Source: Carcharhinus amblyrhynchos
Lineage: Eukaryota
Length of the DNA: 64,000 bases
NCBI GenBank assembly: GCA_965287045.1
Contig: OZ336885.1
Location: forward strand, 63,364,001-63,428,000
Direction of reading: 5' to 3'
The notes beneath the pieces were generated by a model. It was not told the DNA's origin. It made no database searches and saw nothing but the letters and a program-made list of their open reading frames with translations. Made by a program: the position numbers and the translations under genes. Shown here piece by piece: positions 39,643 to 53,000 of this stretch; position 1 is the stretch's first letter; every line of letters starts with the position of its first letter.

Positions 39643-42600
39643 CTACTTGTTCGTCCATCGTCATCGATGATGACCTCGGCACCATTAGTTATTTTTTGGC
39701 TGGTTGTGGTGTGTCCGAAAGTAACTGATCAGGCCAAATTGTGCACGGAATGTCCTGGCACATATTGGAAAGAAATGTGTAGACACTATAATTGATGCGC
39801 TGGTGGTTCTGGACTTGCGCAGGTCGTCCTTAAGTTGTGCGTCAGCAATACATCTTGCTTCGTAAGCTTGACAGCCTTTTGTGGATGATGTCGCGCCAGG
39901 TTGGACGGTTTTGTGCCAGCGTTTCCCAGGTTGTCGTGTCAATGTCAAGCGGCTTCAGTGAGTCTTTGAAACGTTTCTTCTGCCGTCCATGAGAGTGTCT
40001 TCCAGCAGAGAGCTCCCCAAAAAGAAACTGCTTGGGTATGCGCTCGTCTGACATTCGGATGACATGACCTGCCCACCGGGTCTGCGCTCTCATCAGCGGT
40101 GTGAGGACTGATGGTAGACTTGCTCGAGAGAGAACTTCAATGTGTGGTACTTCGTCTTGACATCTGATGCGTAATAGCCTCTGAAGACTAGCCATGCGGA
40201 AATGTTTCAGCTGTCTTGCAAGCCTTCCATACACTCTGCACGTTTCACAGGCATACAGAAGGGTAGTGAGTACCACGGCGCTGTAGACCTTCAGTTTTGT
40301 TGCTGGACTGATTCCTCGACGTTCCCATACAGTGGGGTGCAGTCTACCAAAAGCAGAACGTGCCATGGTCCTTCTGCAGTTAACTTCTGAATAAATAGCC
40401 ACTGCTAGGGAGAGGGTGCTGCCAAGAAAAGTGAACTGATCCACTGTGTGTAGCTTCTGCCCTTTGATTGTGATTATGGGTTCTGTGTACGGTGCATGAG
40501 GAGCAGACTGGTGCATGACTTCGGTCTTTTTAATGTTGATGGTGAGTCCAAAGTTGTCACAAGCCGTGGAAAAGTTGTCCAAACTGACTTGCATCTCTGG
40601 CTCTGAGCCAGCACACAGGGCTCAGTCATTGGCAAACAGGAAATTCCTCAGAACATTCTCTTTCACTTTGGAAATAGCTTGAAGTCTCCTCAGGTTGAAA
40701 AGCTTCCCATTCACTCTGTACTTGAGGCTGATTCCAACAACACTGTCGTGTAAGGCATCATTCAGCATGGTAGTAAACATCATGTTGAACAGTGTGGGTG
40801 CAAGCGCATAACCCGGTTTGACACCATTGGTGACTGGGAATGAGTTCAAGGATTCTCCATCACCCAGTACTCTGGCCATCATGGAACTGGCGTACCATCT
40901 GAATGAATAGACGGGGGGCGGTGGGGGGGGGGGGTGTTGCAGCCGAACATTGACATGATCCTCCAGGGCCCTTGTCGGCTTACAGTATCAAAGACTTTCG
41001 CGAGGTCAACAAAGATCGTGTAGAGCTCGCTATTCTGCTCCTGACACTTCTCCTGAAGATAGAGTGCAGCAAAAATCATGTCAGTAGACCCACAAACTTT
41101 GCAGAAGCCACACCGTGACTCTGGAAGCAGGTTCAGCTCCAGATGAGTGACCAGAGGATTTAGCAGGACTCTTGTGAGTGTTTTTCCTGTCATGGAGAGC
41201 AGCAAGATTCCTCGGCGGTTGTCACATACTTGCTGATTGCCCTTCCTCTTGCACAGGTGTACCATGGCTGTTCCTTTAAGTTCCTGAGGAATGGATCCTT
41301 GCTTCCAAAAGGACTGGACCAACTCGGTGAGCTTCTTGATAAGTACAGGACCAGCAGCTTTATAGGACTCTGCGTGTATGGTATCTGCCCCTTCGTGCTT
41401 TCCCACTGGATAGCTGGCTGGCAGCTTTCGTAACTTCGGCTACTACCAGTGGGTCATCCATAGCACTTTTGATATCAACCTGGGGAATCATGTCTATTGC
41501 CTCATCGTTAATACATGACAGTCGGTTGAGGACAGTTTCAAAGTGTTCTGCCAATCTCTGGAGGATCTGAGCCTTCTCTGTAACGAGAGTTGTACCATCT
41601 GTACTCAGGAGGGGGAACACCCGAGAGACTGATGTCCATAGAAAGTATTGAGGTTTAATGGATCCGTTTCAAGTCGTTCCTGTCAGCATATCCCTGTATT
41701 TCATCTGCCTTGGCGCTCAGCCGGGCGCCCTGCATTTTACGCAGATTATTCTGGACTCTCCTGCAAGCACTGGGGTAAAAGCATTTTTCTTGGCAGCTGA
41801 AGATGGGCCGTTCTGACAGGCCCGATGAAGACGGTTCTTTTCAACAAGTAGAACCTGTATCTTGTCATCATTCTTATCGAAGCAGTCATGCTGCCTGCGG
41901 GTGGATGGCCCGAGCGTCTTAGCGCAGATGTATGGATAGCATCCCTGAAGCTTTCCCAGTCGCCCTCAGCGCTGCTTCTGAGGTGCAGTTCAGCAAGCTG
42001 GATTTCTAAGTCTTCAGCAAGTGCTGAGCTGTGTTTGGCTTCTTTAGCTTGGCAGCATTGACTATTTTCAAAACCTTGCATCCTTGTGTTCGCCTCCTGG
42101 GTCTGATGCGGAGCCTCATTTTGAAGACAAGCAGCATGTGATCTGTCCAGCTGTCAGTGCCAAACATGGATTGGTTACTCTGACATCCTGCCTGTCTTAT
42201 CTCCTGACAAGGACATTGTCGATAAGATGACAATGCTTAGAGCGGGGGTGCATCCAGGAGGTCTTGTTACGGGTAGGCCGACGAAAGGTTATGTTGGTAT
42301 TAGGAGGTCGTGTGCTGCACAGGCCTTCAGTCAGAGTCGGCCATTACTGTTACAGTTGCCCACTCCAACCCTCCCAATGACCCCCTGCCAGATTGCAGAG
42401 TCACATCCTACTCTTGCATTGAAATCGCCAAGCAAGATCAGCTTGTCGGCACAGCTCGCTGCTGATAGTCGGGCGTCGAGTACTTCATAGAACTTGCCTT
42501 TCATCTTGTCCGCGTTGTTCATTGTGGGGACATAGGCGCTGATCAGGGTGGCTTGACGTCTGTTCTGTAGCGGAAGTTGAAATGTCATAAGCCGGTCGTT

Positions 42601-43310
42601 CACACCCTTGGGTAGACTATCAAGTTTCCGAACAAGTTGACTCCTGACGGCGAATCCAACTCCAGCGTCGCGACGCTCATCGCTGCCGCGACCGCACCAG
42701 AAAATAAAAATATACCCACCTCCAGTGTCACTCAACTGACCTACGTTGGCAAGACGAGTTTCGCTCAGGGCTGCAATTTCAATGGTGTATCTTGCAAGCT
42801 CTCTGGCAGCTAAGGTTGTCCTTCTCTCTGGTCTGTCTGTTGTCTGGTTGTCCAAAGGCCTGCGCACATTCCAAGTGCCAATGGTGAGCCTTGTGTTTTT
42901 TTTGTGTTCGACGGCAAGATGGTATCCCCGCCAGCCGCGGTAAACTGGCCAAGGTGTAGTGAAGCGGGCAATGGTTAAGTTTCCTTTTCTAGCCCCTTTC
43001 ACATTCTCCGGACGTGAGCAGTGCGCTCCTGCAGAGGACTCCTCAGTCACCCAGGTCGACGCCGAATTCCGCTGCTGCTTCGGTCAGCGGAAAACAATCA
43101 TTAGACCTGAGCCGCTTGCGTGCAGGTCAATGACTACAGCACCCAATGTATCCACACCTGCTGCTTTGCCGCTTGCCCATCGCCACAGGACATCAAGGGA
43201 TGAACAGGACACTGATTACGATGGTGTCGAAAATAGCGCTTAATTTGGATTAAAGTGAGGGAGAGTTGTGCAGCGTCAGCCTCTCTCTCCCTTCCCAATT
43301 CCCATCTCGA
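39643..43310 (-). mobile_element. Near-full-length RTE-clade (BovB-like) LINE with APE endonuclease and RT, multiple frameshifts
   Basis: 42331-43050 GTWNVR...ALSETRL...LLGDFNARVG (APE); 40879-41406 FVDLAKVFDTVSR; 40622-40882 GVKPGYALAPTLF...LFAND; 39842-40594 RWAGHVIRMSDERIPKQ. Confidence 0.95.
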
Positions 43311-43329
43311 TCCCATCTGGAGGAATAGT

Positions 43330-46000
43330 AAAACTACGCGAAATACGATGGTACTGAGAAAAACAGCAGCACGTTATCATGTACTGAGGAGGTTTCAACC
43401 TAATGGAGAATGATGGAAAAAAGTTAACTGGAGGAGAACTCGGGAGATTTTCTTAATAGAAGTATTGGGATTCAAAACGAAGGTGTAAAAAACAATGTGT
43501 GGGCGTTTTAACTTAATGTTCGAAGCAGTAGAAACAAGGTAAATTAATTGATGGCGCAGATAATCTCAGTTGAATACTATATAGGTCCATTCCGGAGATA
43601 TGCTTCCATGGTGTCTGCCTGACCGTTAAATATCGAGAGGTATCAGTGTATTCGAACGATATTTACGAAGATAAGAGAGTTGGTGCAACTCTGATATTAA
43701 ATGATAAAACCAGGGTAAGAGTTGGTATAGGTTTTTTGGTTACAAAGATGACTCTGTTTTGGGGAAAGTCAGAAACAGTAAGAATGAAACAATTATTGAT
43801 GAACTTAGTCTGTGGGCCACGAAATAATAACATCATGTTGGAGTGGGTAATAAACAAATAAAGACCGGATGCAAGCAAAAAAAGTACATCAATTATCATG
43901 TGATATTTAATTCACATATGGATTGGTCAAATCAGGTTGATGAAGGCTGTCTTGAGGAGGTGAACATGGAATATTTCTGCGATAGTTTCCTTGAATGGCA
44001 TGTAGTAGGGTTTAAGAAGAACCACGCTCTCCAATATCAGGTCCTGCGTAATGAAATAAAAATAATTGATGATCACTCAGTTAGGGATCCCCTCCTCGGG
44101 ACTGACGCTTTTCATTTAATTTAAAATATAGATGTAGCATGATAAATTAAAAGCCAATAACATTTCATTATTTTTAGACAAAGGAAACTACAATTGGATA
44201 AGGGGAGACTGTTCTAATGTTGCAGGGGAGCAAGAACGTCGTGATGGGACAACTAGATAACAGTGGGGGACTTTGAAATCGACGTTTCGCAGTGCTCAGT
44301 AAAACATATATCAGTGAAAAGGAAGGAATTTGCAAAAGAAATAATTAGCCATGGATATCGAAGGAAATGAAGGAAGTTATCAAATTGAAAGAGAATGCAT
44401 ACAAGTTAAAATAAAAGACTAGTAGGTAACTGGAGGATTGGGGAAAATTTAAAGGTGGACTAAAAGCACGAAGAAAACTATCAGCAAAATATCGCAGATT
44501 TTGAGAGGGAACAAGCTCAGAATACAGCAAAGTTGTACGTAAGATATAAAACGGGAAAGAGTGGCTACAATAAATATTGGTACTTTAGCAGAGGTAAAAG
44601 GGGATTTAATAATGGAAAATGTGCGAAGATTCGAACAGATATATTGTCTCAGTCTTCGGAGAGGAAGACAGAAATGATGACAGGTAGGCAATAATGAGGA
44701 TATAGAAGTGATCATTCTGAAGGAAGCGGAAATGTTGGGCAATATAACGGGCTAAAGGTAAAAACGTTTCCTGGCCCTGATAGAAAGCATTTCAGGGCAA
44801 TAAAATAGATTGTGGGGATATAGCAATTATGGCCGTCGTATTGTACAACTTTACTGTACTGTGGGGGAGTTTCAGCACATCCGGCAGCAGTAATTTTAAT
44901 GCCAGTTTAAGAAAAAAAAGTAAACAAAATGCAACTTAATATAGGCCAGATAGTTTCAATTCAGTATTTGGCAAAATGATTGAAACTATCATCAAGGAAA
45001 AGTTAGAGAGACATTTAGATATAAATTGCCCCATTAGGCAGACAAAGGATTCAGGAAAGACAGGCCATGTTTAACATATTTTACTGGGATGATTACGATC
45101 ATGAGGGGCACTGGAGAATGGGTGGATATGGATTTCCAGATGGCATTCAACAAGTTGCTCCACCAAAACTGCTTCTTACCAAAAAAAGTTGCAGAGCGTT
45201 ATGCGTAATGTCTCAGCAGTGTTCGATAGTTTGTTAACTTACAGAAAGCAAAGAGAGGGGATAAATAGTTGTTTTATTTTCGAGTTGACGAGCAACGACT
45301 TCTACCTCATGGAACAATGCTGGGCCCGCGATTGTTTACAACTTACATTGATTATCTGGATTTGTGGACCAAGAGTAGTGTGTCCAAGATGACAGATGAT
45401 ATTAAGATGACTGGTTGAGCGAAGTGTGCAGAGGAAGCTGAAAGTTTGCAGAGGGAGATAAACAATTGAATTGAATTGCAAGAGTCTGGCATATCAAGAA
45501 CAATGTTGGCAAATGAGAAGTCACCCAGTTTGGTAGGAATAAAAGCAACATTGACGACTATTTAAACGGTAAAGAAATACAGCATGCTGCTCTGCAGAGG
45601 GACCTGTGGGACCTCTAGCCTGAAGCCAAAATTTAGATTTGCAGGTATGGCAAGTATTTAAGAGAGCAGTTGGAATGCCGTCTTCCATTGCTAGAGGAAT
45701 AGTATTGAAAGGAAGCTATATACTGTGCTAGTGAGGCCACATCTGAAGCATGGCATACAGTTTTGTTCTTCTGGCCTGAGGAAGGATGTTCTGGTTCTGG
45801 ATACGGTTCACAGGAGACTCACTAGGTTGATTCTGGAACTCGGAAGTTTGGCTTATGAGGCGGAACTGACCAAAATCGGACCATGGTGGGCTCGAAAATG
45901 GATGAATTAGCAGCAATCTTATAGAGGCATACAAACATATGAAGGAGAGAAAAAAAAGTACCGAGGCTGTTTGCACTGGTGGGTTAGATACGATCAAGCC
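43330..46000 (+). mobile_element. Long decayed CR1 LINE (endonuclease region to ORF2 end)
   Basis: ORF 43843-44124, 45725-45910 (LVRPHLKHGIQF), gatttccagatggcattcaacaag (DFQxAFxK). Confidence 0.85.
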
Positions 46001-46011
46001 TCAAAATAAAG

Positions 46012-46250
46012 GGGGTGGGCAGACTGGGTCACTGTCTGTTTGGAGTTTGCACATTCTCCTCATGTCTGCGTGGGTCTCCGCCGGGTGTGACGGTTTCCTC
46101 CCACAGTCCAAACATATGCGGGTTAGATCGATTGGCCATGCTAAAATTGTTCCTTACAGTCCTGAGATGTGTAGTTTAGAGGGTTTAGTGGGTAAACATG
46201 TAGGGATATGGGGGAAGGGCCTGGACCGGGTTGTGGCGGACTCTTTTTTT
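46012..46250 (+). mobile_element. HE1-type SINE, 5'-truncated, relatively young
   Basis: gggtcactgtctgtttggagtttgcacattctcctcatgtctgcgtggg...attggccatgctaaaattg. Confidence 0.9.
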
Positions 46251-46354
46251 AACAGAGGGCACGCTGCCAGTTAACCACCACATAAATGCCCAAATAAAAA
46301 GTTGAAGGGTATACATGTGCAATGTTATGAACAGTTGCTGAATACTTTACTCAC

Positions 46355-46381
46355 CCAGTTCCTTCACTTTCCTGTCGGTTT
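46355..46381 (-). CDS. 27-nt microexon (E)TDRKVKEL, possibly a shortened 36-nt exon
   Basis: gttcttttacaaatatccaag|aaaccgacaggaaagtgaaggaactgg|gtgagt. Confidence 0.7.
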
Positions 46382-46512
46382 CTTGGATATTTGTAAAAGA
46401 ACAGACAGATTGTAAGTTTGAAACCGAAGCAAATGTCAACGACAGCATGATTGCTGTCAAATAATAACCAAACAATGGTTTCATTTCAGGATTTATATAC
46501 CTATTTACACAC

Positions 46513-46548
46513 CAAGCGCTGCAGCAGGCACATTTATCTCTGCTTCAA
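46513..46548 (-). CDS. 36-nt microexon (I)EAEINVPAAAL
   Basis: aagatatttgcag|ttgaagcagagataaatgtgcctgctgcagcgcttg|gtgtgt; weaker donor. Confidence 0.45.
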
Positions 46549-46799
46549 CTGCAAATATCTTAAGGAACAGTTCACGTGACAATTGTCAAAGATTGAAAAC
46601 TTGTGTGAGAACAATAAACTTCAGATATGGTTGTTGATGAGTTTCTCCCGTTTACTGCGTGCCTGTTTAAAAGGAATTAAGGTGTTGGTCACATCTGGAA
46701 CGCAACATTTTTGACAGTCAAACGATGTTGCAAACTGTGCAGGAACGTTTAACGCAGAACCAATTATTTTACTCATTGATCCACCGCAGATCCAATACC

Positions 46800-47670
46800 C
46801 AAGACTGGTGACATACAAGGCATTATTCAAAATCGGAAGGATCTTGATCAGTTGGGACTGTGGGTTGAAGAATGGCAAATTGAGTTTAATTAGATAAAAA
46901 ATGTGTTGATGCATTTTGATAGGTTGAACAGGGGAGGATTCATTCAGTTAGTGCTCGGGCGGTGGAGAGAGTTATAAAGCAAAGAGATTTATGAGTGCAG
47001 GTTCATAGCTCCTTGAAAGTGGGATTACACGTGGGCAAAGTGGTGAAAAAAGAATGTGGCATGCTTGGTTTCACTAGATCAAACATTAAATACATGAGTT
47101 GGGACGTCTTGCTGAAGCTGTTAAAAACATTTAGAAGGCACTAATTGGAAAACTGTACACACGTCTCGTCACGCATATATGCATATATCAAACTAGAACG
47201 AGTGCAGCAAAACAAGATCAGGAAGCTATGGAAAGTTTGTTGTTTGAGTTAGAAGGAGTGGCTGCTAGACTGGGATACCCCTCCCCACCCCTGGCTCAGG
47301 AATGTTGGACTTAGGGTGATGATATGGAGGCGTGTCAAATAATTAGTTGCAAAGATCAGCTCGATCGTCAAAATAAATTTAGGGAAGACGATAAATAGAG
47401 GTCATAGGTTACAGTTCAGAGCGGTGAGTTACAAAAGGGTCCAGAGGATTATTTTATGCACAGCGGGGGTGGTAAGTATCGGGAACAAGCAGCCAGAGGA
47501 GGTGATAGAGGCGGGTACGATTTTGTCTTAAAAAAAAATTAAACTGTTATACGGGTAAACTAGGATTAAAGGGACAGGCACCAAATGCAGCCAATATCTT
47601 AGTGGTTAAAATGGACATGTTGGACACATTGGGTCAAAGTTTTTTTTTTCAAACTTCAAACCTCTATTAC
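46800..47670 (+). mobile_element. CR1 LINE 3' fragment, decayed
   Basis: gaatggcaaattgagtttaattagataaaaatgtg (WQxEFN..KC) through a degenerate tail. Confidence 0.8.
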
Positions 47671-47983
47671 TCTGTTCATTTCGGGTGCCTATGGCTTTTC
47701 TTTTAGAACAAGGCACGTGTTCAGGGCATGCAAATTCGCTTGACCGACAACGGGAAATGTATCTCTGAATGAAACGGAAGACGGAATTGAAGTCTTGCAT
47801 AATGCAAAATAAACAGTGTTTAATTCTGCATCAGAGCTAAGCATAGTTCTGGCCAAGAAGAAGGGCTAATTAGCTTTCTTCCGTTTCCAAAGTTGTTCCA
47901 TTATTTTGCAATCTGCATTGAGAGATTATTTATCACATTTTATATCACATTTTAACACTTTATCTCAAAATAAATAATCTCAC

Positions 47984-48031
47984 TCTGTTGTACACATTGG
48001 CGAGGTGGTATGACTTTGTTTTCTCTGTTCT
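47984..48031 (-). CDS. 48-nt exon (E)NRENKVIPPRQCVQQ
   Basis: cctattttctcttcag|agaacag...gtacaacaga|gtgaga. Confidence 0.75.
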
Positions 48032-48201
48032 CTGAAGAGAAAATAGGTACGAAAATGTTTCCGGGCAGATAAAATGGACATTCTACTGGCTATATCTTCT
48101 GAGGCGAACATTATTCGCTCTGTGCAACTCACAAACAATATAAGCTGCAAAAATTTCGACGCGTTGAGATAATAGATTCTCATTTCAGTTATCTGCTTTA
48201 C

Positions 48202-48228
48202 CTTTGGCTTTTTCCTCCAGATCAGCTT
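48202..48228 (-). CDS. 27-nt microexon (E)ADLEEKAK
   Basis: tattgattcttgcag|aagctgatctggaggaaaaagccaaag|gtaaag. Confidence 0.85.
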
Positions 48229-49719
48229 CTGCAAGAATCAATATTCACCGTTTCCACATTTATTGATTTATTAGTAGAATTGTGGGGCACATGCTGAACA
48301 AATCAACGATTAATGCATTGCAAACAATTTAGTATGCAATATGGGATATTATTGCATTTAATATAATGAGCATTGCTGACTTCGTCATGGAAGGGTCATT
48401 AAATCTCGGGCAATCTTTAAAACAAAGTATATTTTGCCAATGGTTTAATTATTTCGGAGGACTTGGAGGCTACATTTGGAATTTTCAACGGGCGCACTAA
48501 TGGACAGCTCTTCCACAAAATATGTTTTGGGGAGATTCGTAAAATGATAAAAAGACAAATGCCGTTTCGTCAAAATTTCGTTTGAATAGTTTATGATTCA
48601 GAGTAATTCCCATTACATCATTAACCGATATGTGACCGTATGTTTAGCCAAATGAAAATACATATTACTGTTGTGCTTTATTTTCCGGAATTATATTCAG
48701 TCTGTTGGAATGGCACTTCAAGTGTTTGCTGCATCATGCCTCAGGGCCGTATTCGAGGAGTATGCTGCTTCAGTGTTTTCTCCGCGGTATTTCACTACAT
48801 GGTTGAAACATGAATAATGAAATTCTCGTCATGTCCGTGACTCCGATTTCAGTTGAAAGACGGCGTACTTATGTCTGCCTATCCAGCAAGTCGCACATAC
48901 TATGGAGTTATAATATAGTAGTGTGCTCAATCATATCCAGGTCGCATATTTTTCACGTGACAGGTCTGGATATCACGCACGTACAACATATGCGCATGAT
49001 ATCGTGTATCTGGCCGTACTAAGGGAGGTAATGCACTGCACATATCTTTTTACATCGAGAGAAAATATTGCGAACATTTCCCATTGAGTACTTGAGGCAG
49101 TATGGACCAAAAATGAGAAAGATTCACCGTCAGTGCAGTTAGCTAATTGAAGGTGTCTTAACGCGTACACAACCATTCTCTGTGACACACACATCACAGT
49201 TTTGTCAGCGCTATTGGTGCAAAACATAAATGTGGAATTTCGTCAGGAACGACAGACTAAGGGCATCTCTGGGACTGCAGTAGCACAAGAAGGCAGATCG
49301 CCAACGCATTTTGAAGAGCAACAAGTTATGAAAAACGAATGTTGTCCTAGCCAACTCTGCACATATTCCGCAAATTGTTTTTTTTAAAATAATCTTTATT
49401 ATCCGCTAAACCCACACTTTTTCCACATTGACCCTTATCCAAAGCTGAACGTTTCTTTACAGCTTGCTCTTGTGGGCGATGGAACCACAGCAGAACTCCA
49501 CTGTAATCGTTCTTACACATGTTCTGTCTCATCCATCAAATTCCTATTTGCTCATCAACAGGTTTCGTAATTCCAAAACCTATTCAGAGAAGTGTTAAAA
49601 CATACAAGTCAAAAACATGTCAACCGTTATTATGTGTTCACTGACGTTATTTTTACACTGGAATTTAATTTTGCTCCAATTTCGTCTGCATTCCTTTTTT
49701 TGGAAAGAAAAAAGCTCAC

Positions 49720-49755
49720 CAAGTCGTTCAACTTTAGCCTCAAGGTCTTTTATTT
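49720..49755 (-). CDS. 36-nt microexon (E)IKDLEAKVERL
   Basis: gcgctgattttcag|aaataaaagaccttgaggctaaagttgaacgacttg|gtgagc. Confidence 0.85.
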
Positions 49756-50020
49756 CTGAAAATCAGCGCACAACTACGATCAATTTGATTTCTTTGGAGA
49801 TTCACTTTCTGTAGCCTCGCTTGCTTTGACACACAGATAGCTCCTTAATTTGTCTACAGACTCTGACGGGTGACAGAGTGGGGAAATTTAATCATTCATT
49901 GCAACATTACAGCATACATGAAAGCAATTGACATCCATAGATGGTCAGGCCCATTGTATTACTACTGATGCCGTGTCAGAGCAGCCACCTTGGGTGCACA
50001 GCATCGGGATCTCAAACATT

Positions 50021-53000
50021 GGCCGCGATTCTCCCACCGCAACCCTCAACTTTTCTGGCGAGTCGGGCCTGGAGATGCGTGTGCGGGTCATTTTGTGGGG
50101 TCTCCCATAGTTGAAACGACCGGCGCGAATCTCCCAGCCAGAATGAAATAGTACCGCAGGGAACCCGTTGAAAATTGCCCGGCTCCTGATTAGTATGAGT
50201 CTACGTACCTTGACGCGCCATATTGGAATCCACGTGGAAATATTCGCCCACATCTGCATCTCCCACGTTTTTCGCACGAACCAGACTAGGTATTTGGACG
50301 TCGAAACCTGGCATGGCAGCCTTAATCTGGCGTAAGGACGTACGGGCTGCTGGTGGAGAGCGGGAGATGCTGCAGACAGGCCATGGGGGCGTCTGGTGGC
50401 CTCCCTCCTGCTGCCTGCAGGCGTTGGCCTATAGGCCACTGATATCTGTGGTGGGGGGTTGGTTCTATGTCCTCACAGCTGTCTCGGTGAGGTCCCGTTA
50501 GGGACTCCGGCGCCCCTCCTCCTCACACACTACCCCAACACCTGGGCACTGTGGGAGCCAACCTTGAGCGACACAGCTATCCTCTCCCTCCCCCTTCCTT
50601 GGCCACGATGAAGCGCACTGCAGGAGGTAGCCTCAAAGGCTCCCGCTCATCGTCCCTCTCCACAACATTTTGCAGTAGTATTGGCTTGCTGCAGGGTGTA
50701 GTCAATGACTACTAAGTGATAGATATCCGGGGTGGCGGAGAAGTGTACATGTGCTGACTGAGGCCTAAATAGACGAAGGAGCTGCTGCACTGGGTTGGGA
50801 TTTGGCGCTTCAGAAATAGATTGCATGGTATCTACTGTCATTGGACATACATCTGGCGCTGATTTGCAGCCTGTCCTTGTCCTATGAACAGGATTAGCAA
50901 CACATGTCTGTAACAGATGCTGCAGGTGAACGCATGACAATGAATGAAGGATGAAGGATAATGGGTGCCCCTTGTTTAGGTCTGCACACTGACCTGCATG
51001 ACCTGTGCCAGCATTTGGCATGATGGGAATCTCACACAACATTTTTGGGACACGCATTGCACAATGTGTAGTGTAGGTTGTCAGTTTCCATAAGGTGGGA
51101 TTCTGGCCGAAGTGAGTTGGTTGGGGCGGCGGAGGTGGGGGGGGGGGGGGGGGGGAGTGCTGCAGTTGGCGGGGTGGGGGTGGGGGTGGACTTCGAGTAG
51201 TGCTCGGTATATGCAGCCAATGATCAAAATCTGTCATTCTATGCTGTTTTCAACCCCCACTGTGCAGACGGATCTTGGGTTACTCGACGTTGATCGAGCC
51301 ATGTTGGTAGCAGCAGGGAGAGGAGATGATGGTTCATGGGGTGGTGGGCGTGGAGAGGCCACTGCAAGAGCAGCCAGCAATAGACACTGAGACGGGGGGC
51401 AGAGGGCTGTGGCTCAGGACCAGGAGGGGTTGTGGCTCAGGACCATGAGGTGGGTGAGCAGGCGCCTCAGAGGGTGCACAAATAGCGGATTGTGCCAAGT
51501 ACAAGGAGGCACAGGCCCCACAATTCCTTCGAGGTCTGCTCGGAGGAGATGTGCCTCCTAAGTCCATGCTACAAGTCATTTGCTCTCACACTTGGCACAT
51601 CCGCGATGTGGTGAAAATCGGCTCCTTCTGCAAGTGGGGGTGACAGCAATCGTCAATTTCTTTGTCTCCAGTTCATTCCAGGCTCCCAGTGGCGACCTAA
51701 CTGGAATTGTACAGGCCTCAGTGTACAGATGCTTGTAGCATGTCACAGATTCCTTGTATGTCTGGGCAAGATAGTTCATTAATTTTAATGTAGGCCATGC
51801 ACAGCAGGAGGACCGGGCTCGCGTCTTCACATCCATTTGTGGGATTCTTCATTTGTGGGGCCCAGCAGGTGGGACACATGCTGTCTTCTTACCCTCAGTC
51901 CCCCTCTCCATGCTGGGCCGCAGCAATTTTTGAACCAAATTTTTTCCTGTCCCTGAAAATCCAAATTGTCTCTGAGCATTTGTGAAGATCATGCAGGTCC
52001 TTACATACCCCGCAGGGAGTGCCCATGACAGCTTTGTGATCCACCAGTCAGCCATCCCAGGGCTTCTTGAAGACCAACACAGGCTCCCTGGATGGCTATG
52101 GGGTGGCAAGCGTTGCCCGCTAATGTCATGGCTGGTGACAGCTGTGTGGAAGCCCAAAACTGAGGTTGAAACCCGCTACAATGAGGCCCATGAAGCCACG
52201 CGGGCAAAGTTGAGGTATGCAGCGGCCTGCTGACGATGCGGTTCTGCTGCTTCGACTGCTGTGGGGGGGGGGGGGGGGGGGGGAGTGGGGGCTTCAAAGG
52301 GGTGAGGGGGTGCCCTACCATATCAACAGCCAGAAGAAAGTCGGCAGGTGGCAATCACAGGTGTCCGGTAAGGAAGTGCCTTAGATGTAGCACAATTCAT
52401 GTAGCTGGTGCTTTGCAGTATGGTGGTGGGGGGTGGGGGGGTGGGGGTGGGGGGGGGGGGAGTTGCAACGACCACACATTCGTCACACTTTAGGAACATG
52501 TGCGGCCGTTATCCCTCCTCCAAACCTACCTGGGCCCTCAAAGTACCATACAACTCCATCACTTATCCTGTCAACACACCACCCTATCCCCCAGAAACAT
52601 CACCCTTATTGATGTGCCTAGGCCAGCACTGGCTATGAGTCTTGTTTGAAGGCTGGAGGATGATGCCAACTCACTGTTTTGCACACTGGGATCCTCCCCT
52701 GGTGGGCGTAGGTTTCAGTGCTACCTGTATTCCAAGTGCACACTGCCACCTTGTAAGATTTGGAGACACATGCTTGTGGCCAAAGCGGGTGGAACACTTG
52801 CACGAAGGGCCTGCTGGATGTTGGGGATGGTAAGCCACGGACTTTGAAACATGTGGCTGAGTATGCAAGGCTCAACAGACATCATCTTTATGTTTGCTAA
52901 TTGGGAACACTGAGCTGTGGGGGCGGGGAGGGGGAAAGAAAATAAGAGACACATTAGTCACAGCATGGCATAAAATGAATAGTTTATTGTGCTATTAATA

